From the NCBI GenBank assembly GCA_963765895.1, contig CAVXZB010000029.1:1-26272 (forward strand): a stretch of 26,272 bases of DNA, given 5' to 3'. The notes under the pieces were generated by a model. That model did not search any database and was not told the DNA's origin. It saw only the letters and a list, made by a program, of their open reading frames with translations. Shown here in pieces: positions 1 through 11,000 of this stretch. The translations under genes and the position numbers were made by a program. The DNA comes from an uncultured Nitrososphaeraceae archaeon (lineage in GTDB: Archaea; Thermoproteota; Nitrososphaeria; Nitrososphaerales; Nitrososphaeraceae). Within the stretch, counting starts at the first letter, position 1; every line of letters starts with the position of its first letter.

Positions 1-75
1 TAGATATGTTCTACATCCAGCTTTTAGCGTTATCTAGAAACATAACGAACTATCGTTTTAAACTCGACCAATGAT

Positions 76-659
76 TCAACTTCTGAAAAAACAACTAAAC
101 CAATTCTCCGCAAGCTTTATGGTGTTTATGAACAATTCTCTATATATTTCCAATAATTCAGAACACTCGTCTGCCAAAGAGCCACGGCCGATAGAAAAGG
201 ATTAGGTATGTATTTTTCATAATTATCATATATTTTGACTCACTTAAATCAGTTACATTCTCTACTACTTCTTCCACGATTTTCTCCACAGCTTCTGCGA
301 CTGATTCTGTAACTGATGCGTCTGACACTATTTCATTTTGTACGTTGCTAGTGTGACTATCATCTTTTGCAGAGAAATCTTGTGGTCGGGAAGATGATGA
401 TGCTAATACGGATACTGATGGTGGTTTATCAAGACTATTCTTATCATTTAGATTCGGTTCTTGTGAAATATACTTTCTTAGATTTTATGGCATTATCATT
501 TAGATCCGGTTCTTGTGAAATATATTTATCTTAGATTTTATGACATTCCTCTCTTCACGTTTTGTCTCTAGATGATGTCTTTTTCTCTATCATCGAATCT
601 CCATTTACATTTTCTGTACTTGATTCACTAGATTCGATGTAATCTTGGTTTATGGCCAT
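76..659 (-). pseudogene. Acidic low-complexity hypothetical protein with several frameshifts
   Basis: ATG at 659 (MAINQDYIESSES...). Frame-hopping gives ...VTESVAEAVEKIVEEVVENV...PNPFLSAVALWQTSVLN...EIYRELFINTIKLAENWF. Needs at least 4 frame changes. Confidence 0.5.
441..545. repeat. Two-copy tandem repeat (52 and 53 bp units) inside the broken ORF
   Basis: ttatcatttagattcggttcttgtgaaatatactttcttagattttatggca followed by ttatcatttagatccggttcttgtgaaatatatttatcttagattttatgaca. Confidence 0.9.
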
Positions 660-881
660 GTAACTATGTATGGTGCTAATTTCGCACCATATATACTAAA
701 TTGGTACATATTTCAGTCTGCCAAGATAGAACTCCCGCAGGCTAATCTGTATGTTTGGTGAGGAATTAAATTAATTATTAGCCAACATTCATATCATTAT
801 ATTAAAGTCATCTAAATATCCATCATGTCTCTCAATGCTTAAATGTCTAATGTGTATAATTAAATCTATTATCGAACTAAT

Positions 882-1613
882 ATGCGATATTACATTAAAT
901 GTAAGCTAAATCCCGAGGCAAAGGATAGATTAGCTGATTCTATAAAGTCTGGTTCTTTAGCACATGGTAATGTATTCTATGAAGGTATGCAGACTGCATT
1001 AAGAGAAGGAACAATAGATGAAAATGACATAGTACATTTCGTTGAGATATGCTATTGCCTAGAGGGTGGATTATATCCAATGGCTATGGAGATTCCAGTA
1101 TTGAATAAGTATTTTGATGATGTTATTGAAGTTAAAGATGCACGTTTAAGAGAACAATGCACAATGGAGTGTGAGTTTTGTGATTGTACACGTAATAAAA
1201 GCTGCCAGGAAAATCATTGGCCAACGAATTGAATATCAATAAAATAAAAGAAGAGGAAGAACAATTAGGAGGAGGAGGAGATGATGGTTTCCTTGATATA
1301 GGAAGAATACGACTTAACAGAAAGAAGCAAAAGGAAGGTCTAGAAGGACTGAAAAGTCTATCTGCAGACAATGGCAATGGTAGTAACAACAGCAAAATAA
1401 AACCAATATTTGTAGGAGCTGCTATTTCTGGTCTTTTCGCAATCTTTCATGACGGTGATAATTACTTTAGAATAAAAAATGTTCCAGATAACAGAGTCTA
1501 GACAGCTTTTATATAATTTGGAATTTGGGCAACTTAATGGAGATGTACCATCTATGAAGATGACAGCAATGGACTCGCTTGCTAAAAGTGACAAGCGTTC
1601 GAACGTAGTTTGA
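882..1613 (+). CDS. Cys-rich hypothetical protein, split by frameshifts near 1196 and 1490
   Basis: ORFs 882-1232 and 1217-1501 overlap and join as ...CEFCDCTRN/KLPGKSLANELNI...; a third frame continues ESRQLLYNL... to TGA at 1611-1613. Confidence 0.6.
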
Positions 1614-1684
1614 TATTGTTATTGTAAGCCTTGATAAATATATACTCATTATTTTTAATTTATTAACATAGCAACAGTTTTGAC

Positions 1685-2215
1685 TTAGAGCAAATCCCAA
1701 AGTTATCCTCCTATAGATAACTATACAACAGCCTAAACATACTACTAACGCAAAATAGCTTCCTAACTTCTTCTCATACCTAACTAAAAGTTTTCTGAAC
1801 CTGCTATGCCAGGAGTTGGTTTTTCTACAACTAATCTTCTAGCATGATGACAATGATTATTACCACCATTAATCTTTATAACTGATTGTTCTCCTCTATG
1901 TTAAATATGTGGTAGATATCCTTTATTAGTTCTTGGACCTCGATCGCTTGAAAGTCATATCCTTTACCAAGATAGATAAAGATTCTGTTTTTCTTTTTAT
2001 GTCCTAGACGATCTTTTAACTATGGTATTATTATCCAGCGTGTTTATAGCTGCCTTTAATATCATTATGCGTATTGGCCGCAGTGATAACAACAACAGAT
2101 AATGGAATACCTTGCCCTCAGTCAATACATGATGACGTTTTGTTCCTAACTAAACTTACCTCTGTCTGTAGGATTAGGTCCAATCAGTCATTTTTGCCTA
2201 AAGGTGCCTTGCCCT
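1685..2215 (-). mobile_element. Degraded IS5-family transposase (3' part) with one terminal repeat
   Basis: Minus-strand fragments KAPLG, GPNPTDRGK, GTKRH, GIPLSVVVITAANTH, KGYD, NSWHSRFRKLLVRYEKK, with many stops and indels. TIR-like ttagagcaaatcccaaa at 1685-1701. Confidence 0.85.
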
Positions 2216-2323
2216 CTTAGTATATCAAAATTATTCTGATGGGTATTTCCAAAATCACTTTTACCTTCTAGAAATACTAACTCTTGTATATAATTTAAAA
2301 AGTTTAAGTACTGGTATAGCATC

Positions 2324-2663
2324 TCATTTGAAAATTACTGTATCTTGTCTTCTTCTCTCCACTTCTCTCCACTCTCTCATTATCCAGACCACAGTAGATA
2401 AAGTATATGTTGGGATCAAATCTCCTACGAACGGAATAAATTCAAGTGTATTTATGGCGGTGGACACTTTACTTCTCGTGATCCTAAAGAGAAGACTGGT
2501 CAGTATAACGTCAAAGATATCTCCGACAAGAGGTACATCAAAAATTGGAGTCTGCAATATAGTCTAAAAGATTGCCAATTAAAGATATTGTTAATGCACT
2601 TGCCGCTCTCAATTTAAATGTTGTATGATGATATTCGCTATTATCGTATTTGTTAAGTGACAT
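2324..2663 (-). CDS. Small membrane protein, frameshift near 2552
   Basis: MSLNKYDN...ALTISLIGNLLDYIA joins PIFDVPLVGDIFD...FIPFVGDLIPTYT; duplicated PxVGD motif. Confidence 0.6.
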
Positions 2664-2738
2664 TAATTTTCGCATGTTATAAGTTATACATTAAAGAATA
2701 TATAGCTATCACTAGAGATATGTATAATGAAAGAGATA

Positions 2739-3038
2739 TTACTCCCATACTCCTTTGTTAGAAAGAATCTGGTCTATGTATTCAAGCATATATTTGTCTT
2801 TAGTTAGCACTTTCCAAATAGTTACAATATCTTTTTTATTGATATATAAGAATGCAATAATGAATTGAATTGTAAAAATAGTTATAATAATATATACCAA
2901 ATAAATTAGCATCAGCGTGGCCTTTAGAATAAAGCATAAAATAACACCCTTATTGTCGATATATACTTTGATAATGAATGTAATCAAGTAATGACGGAAT
3001 TGATTTAAACTTGAAATAATGATCGCCGTCCGGATCAA
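2739..3038 (-). CDS. Possible small membrane protein
   Basis: Hydrophobic AT-rich ORF; start uncertain. Confidence 0.3.
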   Translation of the reverse strand: MIRTAIIISSLNQFRHYLITFIIKVYIDNKGVILCFILKATLMLIYLVYIIITIFTIQFIIAFLYINKKDIVTIWKVLTKDKYMLEYIDQILSNKGVWE

Positions 3039-3076
3039 TGGATCGAATATTTAATAACAAGTACTAAACTCAAGAG

Positions 3077-3241
3077 ATGATATCTACAACCAATTTCGAG
3101 AGCAGGATGACCGATATCACAACTGACTCAAATGACAACAACTTGTATGTTCTAACATATTTCGATGGCAAGATATCTAGAATTAAGCTAGTTGGTAAAT
3201 ATACACATAACACATTGAGCAGATCGTTTTTGCAAAGTTAA
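3077..3241 (+). pseudogene. C-terminal fragment of a sugar-dehydrogenase paralogue
   Basis: FESRMTDITTDSNDNNLYVLTYFDGKISRI resembles FNSITDIKTGPDGMLYVLSFDDGTIYRI at the end of the neighbouring gene. Confidence 0.55.
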
Positions 3242-3338
3242 TAATGCAGTTTTCTCATTAATTCTTTCTATTTCGTAATTCCTTACTTATTTTATTTTAT
3301 GCTTAAAACCTATCTGACGCTGCTCGAAAAATTCGTTG

Positions 3339-4610
3339 CTATTGTGAAGCCCGACTTATTCTATAGATAGTTCCATCGTCGAATGATAAAACATACAGCA
3401 TTCCATCTGGCCCTGTCTTAATATCGGTTATACTATTAAATCCCATTCCAAACCTTACTGCGTCTAATTCACTCTTGTTATCTGCTACTAAGTCCGATAA
3501 CCCTGCAGATTTTTGATTTATATTAAATTCTATTCCAGTTCTATCTTTATTAACTTTAAAGAAATATAGATTGCCATTATTGTAGTCACCCACAAAAATG
3601 TTACTATCATAATTAGGACCTAGTTTTGAAGATTTCAAAAATTCTATTGCGGTGACTGCGACAGGATTAAGCCAACTAAAAACGGGATCAGCATAATGAG
3701 ATCCAGGAAAATTAACTAAATCGTTTTCAGTTATACCGTCACTTCTAGAAAGAGGACCCATAATTACTTTCCAGCCGCCATTAAATCCTGGTTTGACTAA
3801 ATTAATTTCGTCATAAGTGTTTTCTCCATTCTCCGTTTCCCAAAGATTACCTGTCACAGGATCAATAGCGATCCCAAAGCTGTTTCGAATGCCGTATGCG
3901 TAATATTTATGCATTGCAGCAATCTCATTATTTGCAAAAGGATTACCTTTTGCTGCAGAACCATCCATAGGACTCACTCTAAAAATGACACCTGTATCAT
4001 CAGGATCGGACCCATCTCTGATATTTTGAAGCTTGCCATTGTGTCTTAATTCACCAATTATGGCATATAGATAACCATCATTACCTATGATTAGTTTTCC
4101 GCCATCGTGATTGGGTCCCGGCAATCCGGGAAGATCTAGGAATAATTTTGGATTAACAAGTGTTTGACCATTCCAGTCATAACGATAAATCCTATTTCTA
4201 ATGTCTTCCCCTTGTGACTCCGTATAGTACAGGAATACCTCTTTATTATTAGTGCTACCAGTTGTATTCATAATCGCAATTCCAAGTAAACCACGTTCGC
4301 TCCTTACATCAACTGGCGCGTGTAAGATAGGTTGCTGTTGTAGTTGACCATCAGATACTAGCCTGACATTTCCATCTTTCTCCAAGACCAGAATATTATT
4401 GTCATTTAAAAATGCCATACTAGTAGGAGAAGACAAACCACTGACTACTGATTCTACTTTTAGGGTAGGATTGTTTACAATCGTTGGTTGTGCTGACACA
4501 TACTGAATCGTAGCGGAATAACCAAAAATAAATCCAAGAGTAACGGCAATACTTGTAATGAGAACGGTTATTATGAGAGTTGTTAGATATGATACTCCTT
4601 TCTTTTCCAT
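3339..4610 (-). CDS. PQQ-dependent glucose/sorbosone dehydrogenase family beta-propeller, membrane-anchored or secreted
   Basis: N-terminal TM segment; ERGLLGIA, HDGG, YAYGIRNSFG, DEIN motifs. Confidence 0.92.
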   Translation of the reverse strand: MEKKGVSYLTTLIITVLITSIAVTLGFIFGYSATIQYVSAQPTIVNNPTLKVESVVSGLSSPTSMAFLNDNNILVLEKDGNVRLVSDGQLQQQPILHAPVDVRSERGLLGIAIMNTTGSTNNKEVFLYYTESQGEDIRNRIYRYDWNGQTLVNPKLFLDLPGLPGPNHDGGKLIIGNDGYLYAIIGELRHNGKLQNIRDGSDPDDTGVIFRVSPMDGSAAKGNPFANNEIAAMHKYYAYGIRNSFGIAIDPVTGNLWETENGENTYDEINLVKPGFNGGWKVIMGPLSRSDGITENDLVNFPGSHYADPVFSWLNPVAVTAIEFLKSSKLGPNYDSNIFVGDYNNGNLYFFKVNKDRTGIEFNINQKSAGLSDLVADNKSELDAVRFGMGFNSITDIKTGPDGMLYVLSFDDGTIYRISRASQ

Positions 4611-4901
4611 GCTTATTATCTAGTGTGTTTTTATGCTCTATAAATGCTATCATCAGTCATGCTGGCTACAATGTTAACATTACTATTGTTATTAAATATA
4701 ATTCATAAGTTTCGGATCAAAGACTACTGAATGACGTGTGTGTAACATATAAACAAATAACGGTTGAAGGCTGATTCTCGCGGAACTCATTTAGTATTGT
4801 TTATTGCTTATTTCAATCGCCGATGATATCTTATTTGAAAAAAGTTAAACAGTTCAAGGTTATAATTGTAGGCCTAGTTAAATACAAATAGTTATAGCTC
4901 A

Positions 4902-5645
4902 TTACCTTTCTTGAGCAGTTGGTCTTATCAGTATCTCATTTACATTAACATGACTTGGTGTTTGTATGGCATATAATATCGCATTTACGATGTCTTCTGA
5001 CTGTAATGTTTCCATCTTCTTTGTAGCTTGTATGAATCCTGTCATTGATTTATCCGTTATTGATTCTAATAATTCGGTTGAGACAGCTCCTGGTTCAATA
5101 CATGTAACTCGTATGTTGTACTTCGGACTTAATTCTTTTCTCAATCCTTCGCTAAATGCAGTTATTGCATGTTTAGTTGCGCAGTAGACACTTCCTCCAG
5201 CAAATACTACTCTACCTGCTACCGAAGATATGTTGATTATGTGTCCTGATTTTTCATCTAACATATAAGGGATTACCGCAGAGGTACAGTAAAGGACTCC
5301 TTTAATATTCACATCTATCATACGATCCCATTCAATCACTTTACCATTTTTGAAATAACTTAAAGGCATTAACCCAGCGTTATTAATTAGAATATCAATC
5401 TTCCCCCATTTTTCGGCGACGGCATTAACAAATGAATTACAATCTGAATTATTTGAAACGTCTAGCTTTTGAATAAAAACTTCTCTGTGGCTGTTTCTGT
5501 TTATGATCAGACGTTCTAATTCTTTTAGCCGATCTGTACGTCTAGCTCCAAGTGCCACTCTTAAACCGGCTTCTGATAGCGCTAAAGATGTTGCATATCC
5601 TATACCGCTGCTCGCACCGGTCACTACTGCTACCTTATTTTTCAA
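4902..5645 (-). CDS. Short-chain dehydrogenase/reductase (YdfG-like)
   Basis: TGASSGIG, NNAG, SSVAG, YCATK. Confidence 0.95.
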   Translation of the reverse strand: MKNKVAVVTGASSGIGYATSLALSEAGLRVALGARRTDRLKELERLIINRNSHREVFIQKLDVSNNSDCNSFVNAVAEKWGKIDILINNAGLMPLSYFKNGKVIEWDRMIDVNIKGVLYCTSAVIPYMLDEKSGHIINISSVAGRVVFAGGSVYCATKHAITAFSEGLRKELSPKYNIRVTCIEPGAVSTELLESITDKSMTGFIQATKKMETLQSEDIVNAILYAIQTPSHVNVNEILIRPTAQER

Positions 5646-5786
5646 TGTTTGATTGTATGCATGATATCTTAAGAATCTTCTTTCCCAAATGTAGTGCTCT
5701 TAAAGGATAGTAATACTTACAGATCCTTCTTTTTCTGCATCTCCCTCATAAAGCTCATCTCTTCCTTTATCATTTTGTGCATTTCA

Positions 5787-5999
5787 TTAATCATTTTGTG
5801 TTGTGTATGAATTATTTCGTGAAGATTGCGATTCTTGCCTTTTGTCTACCACTAGTATCAATAAACCAATTCCTAATGAGATAATAATATTCATCTCTCT
5901 GGTCTCTATTTGCAGAGGTACCAGGTCTGTGAGATAGAAAAATATCATCGATAAGGTCATTGCTATTAATCCTATCAGTACTAATTGTATTTCTTTCAT
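5787..5999 (-). CDS. Small two-TM membrane protein
   Basis: Two hydrophobic helices, ATG start. Confidence 0.6.
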   Translation of the reverse strand: MKEIQLVLIGLIAMTLSMIFFYLTDLVPLQIETREMNIIISLGIGLLILVVDKRQESQSSRNNSYTTQND

Positions 6000-6024
6000 G
6001 TTATATTCATTTTGCGTAGACGTA

Positions 6025-6104
6025 TTTTTATGTCTTAATGTATGAAAATGCTTTTCTGTATTTCTTTTCTAAATGCTGTGTCCTTTTTTATTAAGACATA
6101 AAAA
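6025..6104. repeat. Perfect 15-bp inverted repeat with 50-bp spacer
   Basis: tttttatgtcttaat (6025-6039) / attaagacataaaaa (6090-6104). Confidence 0.8.
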
Positions 6105-6199
6105 CCATATTTATTAAGGCCTCATAAACGTTTTCTAGAGATTAATTTGAGAGTAAATAAACGAAGTTAAATTCTACTTTTAGATGAAATATGGGAAAT

Positions 6200-6622
6200 T
6201 TATTCCTCCTCTTTGTGTTTGTGTTCGTGTGAAGCTCCTCTACCTGTGAGAGTACCTGTGTAATCTCCAGTGACTTCCATTACATCGTCAGAATTACATA
6301 TTTCCTTAAGGGCCTCCAAAGTTAGTCTCTGATTTGTTACATAATGAGTGCCTTTATCATAGATAGCGGGAACCATTCCTGTTCTTTCAAATATCCTGTC
6401 CTTCATGACCTCAGAATCTGTTTCAGGTCTTGTAAATATCTCAACCATATAAAACGGTGCACGTTCGGATTTCTCGTGTTCTCGCACAAGCAAATCATGA
6501 ATCAGTATCGGATCGACTTTAGGGAGGTAAGTTTCATAAAGGGTTTGAAGTCCCCTAAAAACCAATCTCATTTCTTGGAGTTCGGAAGTTCTATCGCCAC
6601 TACTGGTAGATGCAGAAGACAT
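6200..6622 (-). CDS. Conserved-looking hypothetical protein
   Basis: Clean 140-aa ORF with globular composition and an AT-rich TATA-like sequence ~25 bp upstream. Confidence 0.8.
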   Translation of the reverse strand: MSSASTSSGDRTSELQEMRLVFRGLQTLYETYLPKVDPILIHDLLVREHEKSERAPFYMVEIFTRPETDSEVMKDRIFERTGMVPAIYDKGTHYVTNQRLTLEALKEICNSDDVMEVTGDYTGTLTGRGASHEHKHKEEE

Positions 6623-7038
6623 TTATGTGGATTTATCAAGATTTAGTATATAAAAGATTTCTACAAGTTGTTACATTAATACGTCGGTCCATTTCCTCTT
6701 GGTTACATAATCAAGTCCAAATCGAAAATATGAGGATGTAATATTGCTCACTTTTACCCCTGATTATAAATTTGATTAATGAAAAGTGAGCCTATCGTGA
6801 CTAATTACTTACCTCGATATTGGAAAGACATGTCATGGTAGATTATATTTGTAGTAAATATTTAGAACTCTGTAAAACCTCCTTATAGCTTAAATCGTCT
6901 TGAATTTGTCAAATTATAATAAGAATATAGATAAATGAATAAAAAATAATAAAAAGATAAAAGGCCCTACAAACTTAACTTGTCTTTGATTGTAAGAAAC
7001 CTAATTTTACGGCAGTTCTATGTAATATTGTATCAAAT

Positions 7039-7783
7039 TTACCTGATTTTTTGTACATAGACGTATAGATCAATATCATTTCCACTACTTGTACCAGTTT
7101 GTTTTATTATGTTGCTATCAGGAGCATGATATCCAAGTGTGCTGAAATGTTTATCAAAATATGCCTTGTCTCCTGCTGGAACTACGAACAATCCTGCGGT
7201 TGGCATTGTTGAATTGGTAGATCCATTATCGGGAGCATTTTGTGGGCTTACGACATCAATCGTTCCTGGAGTCGAAGATGGAGACATTGGATCTGAAAAT
7301 GTATATTTTCCTATCGTATCAAATGTAAACTGTGTCCCATTTTTTGTACGGAATTGTCTGATTAGAAAACGCAGATTGGCCATTACTATTCTTAACTGTC
7401 ACACCATGATTTCCTGCTGGATCGCCATTAACCCAGATAACATTTGTACCTTGAACTATACTTGCACCCAGAGGAAGAAAAGTCTGATCTACAAGTTTCT
7501 TGTTCGGAACCAAAATAACTAAATTCTTAACGTCGGCATCAGTCTGTATGTTATTTGAGTCAGAAATGGTCTTGGCATTAAATCCAGGAGATCCAGTTCC
7601 ACCAGTCGTTCCACCAGTCGTTCCGGTAGATGGTTTTTCTGGCTGCGTCCCAGGGAATACTGAAACCTGTGCATTAGCTGATTGGAAAGTATGCGATCCT
7701 GACTTTCCGTCTATTCCTACTATAACTAACAAAATAGCTAACGAAAATGTAGTTACAGCTATCGTAGTTGCTATCAATTTCAT
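7039..7783 (-). CDS. Secreted protein with cupredoxin-like domain, frameshift near 7340
   Basis: Signal peptide and GTTG linker; FLPLGASIVQGTNVIWVNGD..NHGVT joins IPYK/NGTQFTFDTIGKYTFSD across an A-run. Confidence 0.7.
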
Positions 7784-8452
7784 AACAACTTGTTTTATTT
7801 TTATGATATTTAAATTAAATTGTGTTTGTAGTTGTTGACCCCTGAATCATATTGATATAATACATCTATTACTAATCTGGACCTACAGGTTAGACCTAGA
7901 TATACTACAATATGTTTTAGAATAGTTATTATATGCATACATTTGTAAAAGATTTTGTAGTAATTTTACCATGTATCTCTAATTCTTTGTCAAGAAAAAT
8001 AAAGTCAAAATCTGGAGAGACATTCCTGATTATATATCAAACCCAAAATCTGTTTTTATTATTAGTTGTTGTTATTTTGAATATTTTCAAGCATAAAGGA
8101 TGACGAAGTTATTTATTATGTATTAGCATATCAGGCATTTTTAATCTTTTTTCATCTTTTTCGAATCCTTATTAATATCCTGTTATTAAAGAGATAAAAC
8201 CTACACCTTATCCACAGTAATTTTTTGGTAAATATAGGACTGGTCACAATCAATCTCCTGTCCATTCTGTTGCTTTAAAGAAAAATATTTTAAACCAACC
8301 GGCAATATGGAAAGCTAAGCAGTTAAGCTAATAAGAAAAAGTTTGATTCGATTTAATTTTTAATCTACATAGTGAATTATTTGTTTTTTACTCTAGCACA
8401 ATTAATAGCATGTATAGCATGACGACTTGATGCAGTAGTAGTTGTAGTAGGA

Positions 8453-8477
8453 ATGAATCAATGAATCAATGAATCAA
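8453..8477. repeat. Short tandem repeat (atgaatca)x3
   Basis: atgaatcaatgaatcaatgaatcaa. Confidence 0.7.
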
Positions 8478-8597
8478 CTAGGCAGTTCGACATAAACTTG
8501 ATCTAGAACTGATCGGACTCCTATTGGCTTGTGTTGACAAGGTTCCATCGATATAATTTTTATTAATATGTGTAATAAATAATATATAATATAAAAT

Positions 8598-9756
8598 ATG
8601 AAATTTGTAATAATTATGATTTTTATGATTGAAATTAGCGTTATTATGCCAACATTTTGCTCTGCATATTTACCAATATTTGCTGATGGTTCCGGGAGTT
8701 CAATATTTAATATCATTGCGAATAGAAATGATATTTCTCTGTATCCTCTGTTTAGCCAACTGAGCAGATCTGTTGTTCAGGTTGTAAGTATAAACCCATC
8801 CACTACTAATCTTCCATCTCAAAATACAACAACTGAAGTAGCCGCAGGATTTGCCTATGATACTTTGGGTCATATAGTTACCGCCAATCATGTTTTAGGT
8901 GGAGCAAACGAGGTAACTGTTATTTTTGAGAATGGCGATACGCATAATGCCACTGTTATAGGAAGGGATACTTATACAGACATTGCTGTACCTCCGTGTT
9001 GCTGATCTATTTGGGAGTTATGGTACTGAAAGAGCTAATGAGTTACTTGTGCCAGTAATCTTGGCAAATTCATCCAGAGTAAAGATAGGAGACTACGTTA
9101 CAACCATTGGTTATCCCTTTGCATCGAAAGTAGCTATGACATCAGGAATAGTGAGTCAAACCGATTTCCTTTTATCTTTTTCTTCGCTAGGATACTTAGT
9201 TCCAGATACGATTGAAACTGATGTTGCAGTTAATCCTGGTAATTCCGGAAGTCCTTTGATTGATATAAATGGTGAAGTAGTGGGATTAATTTATGGTAGA
9301 CTAAACCCCACCACGGCTCCTTTAGGGCAGTTTTCTGGGCTGAGTGTAGCTATACCATCTAATGCAATAAAGAAAATTGTGCCATCACTTATTCACAATG
9401 GAACATACATTCACCCAGACGTCGGAATTATAGGATCTACTCTTACTGTGGATTTAGCAAAACATTTTCAAAATATTCCAGATAACTTGAAAGGGGTGGT
9501 AGTAAATTCAATATTGCGAGGAGGAACGGCGGATAAAGCGGGTATAAATGCTGCAACTACGGACAAATATGGTCAAAGACAGCTAGGTGATATAATAACT
9601 TCTTTAGATGGACATAAAATTCCTGATATTGAAAGTTTTCTTTCATACATTCAAGAACATAAAAGAGCGGGCGAAATAATTTCTTTTATTGTTTATAGAG
9701 ATGGAAACTACATGAATCTGAATGCAACTTTACAAGCTGTAAACCAGATACAGTAA
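8598..9756 (+). CDS. HtrA/DegP-like trypsin serine protease with PDZ domain, frameshift near 8990
   Basis: VTANHV (His), TDIAV (Asp), NPGNSGSPL (Ser), C-terminal PDZ (GDIITSLDG). DIAV/LRVAD junction between the two ORFs. Confidence 0.92.
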
Positions 9757-9848
9757 ATCACTAGATTGAAAATGCATTAAACACTAACAATACATCTTTA
9801 GATCTCCTGCAAGAGATTGATCAACAGGCAGCTCCAAAGGAGTACATG

Positions 9849-10693
9849 CTAAAGTACATCTACAATTCGCAATGAACTATCTATACCACAAATAGGACAT
9901 TTTCCAGTGATATCCCCCAGAATGGATCTACATTCCATTTTCGATAATCGAGTAATCCTACCCCAACACAAATATAATGATCACATATTAAACAATAACC
10001 CTCGAGCGCGACTATATCAGCAAAGCCTTTAACATGATAGCGCATTTTTTCAAATTCCTTGATGTTTTTAACTATTTCTTTCATTTTCCTTTCAATATCT
10101 AACTTTAGATTATATAAAACTAGTTTCTTAGTTTTAATATCCAATCCATTAATAGTTTCATCAAACAAGTTGCCAAAGATAATTCTTCGTTCGATATCTT
10201 TAAAATCTAGTAAGAAAAGATGCCTTAGAAGATCTGACATCTCAACAATAGAGTAGTCAATCCTAGACAATGTTTCTCTAAAGAGTATTAAAATATCATC
10301 AAAAACCTCTCTCTCCTTCCATTTCTTAAGAAACTTTGAAATGAATATAGTAGTGGATGTAGAATAGAGATCATCATTATCTGTAAAAATATTGCAAAGT
10401 AAATTGTATATCTCATTACAGATAGTCTTTATTGAAGTCTTTGAATCAAAGCTAGCGATAATCCAGGCTAGTAAATATCCGTATTCGTTGAATCGATAAG
10501 TAGGAGTAATCCCAATTCCTTTAGCCATTGGTCTAGTTCCGGCAATGTCGAGTAACTTAAGTTGAACAAGATTATTCAGTTTGACTTTTACTGTCTTAAG
10601 CGGATTTTCTATTCTGACTTTAGTAAGTTTGAATGCATTATTGCTATTGTTAGTGGTTAACCAATCTGTAATTTCCCACGATGTAAATGACAT
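9849..10693 (-). CDS. Hypothetical protein with C-terminal zinc ribbon, frameshift near 9910
   Basis: ORF 9881-10693 has CLIC; an alternative frame gives GKCPICGIDSSLRIVDVL* ending at 9849. Confidence 0.65.
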
Positions 10694-11000
10694 AATAAAT
10701 CTGAGGAAACTATTGCACTATTATCTATATTACTAGGTATTTGTTGTTCCGATTTGCTCTGCGTTGAGTGGCTAGGGTCCTATTATCGGCTGTTGTTGAT
10801 TCTGTAGGCTAGCGATAATGTTCGAAATCAAGTTCAGTATTATGCATCTCACCTTTAGCCACCTAAAATAATCAGTTTAAGTAAGAACAAACACGAATTG
10901 ATTATCAAGACAGTAACGAAAATAATCTTCATTATTTGTTACAGTGTAGGCTGATGACATTGAGACTTATCTCAGTTTATTTATATCCAAACCTGAGCCA

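Noticed and set aside
441-545. Repeat pair as a CRISPR array
   Set aside because: Adjacent units with no spacers, inside a coding remnant; no cas genes in the window.
1132-1700. Minus-strand ORFs 1132-1395, 1358-1594, 1509-1700
   Set aside because: Shadows of the plus-strand Cys-rich gene or of the IS end.
7139-7838. Plus-strand ORFs 7139-7522 and 7500-7838
   Set aside because: Antisense shadows of the secreted cupredoxin-like gene.
8983-9005. Programmed frameshift in HtrA
   Set aside because: No slippery site evident, and similar indels occur throughout the window.
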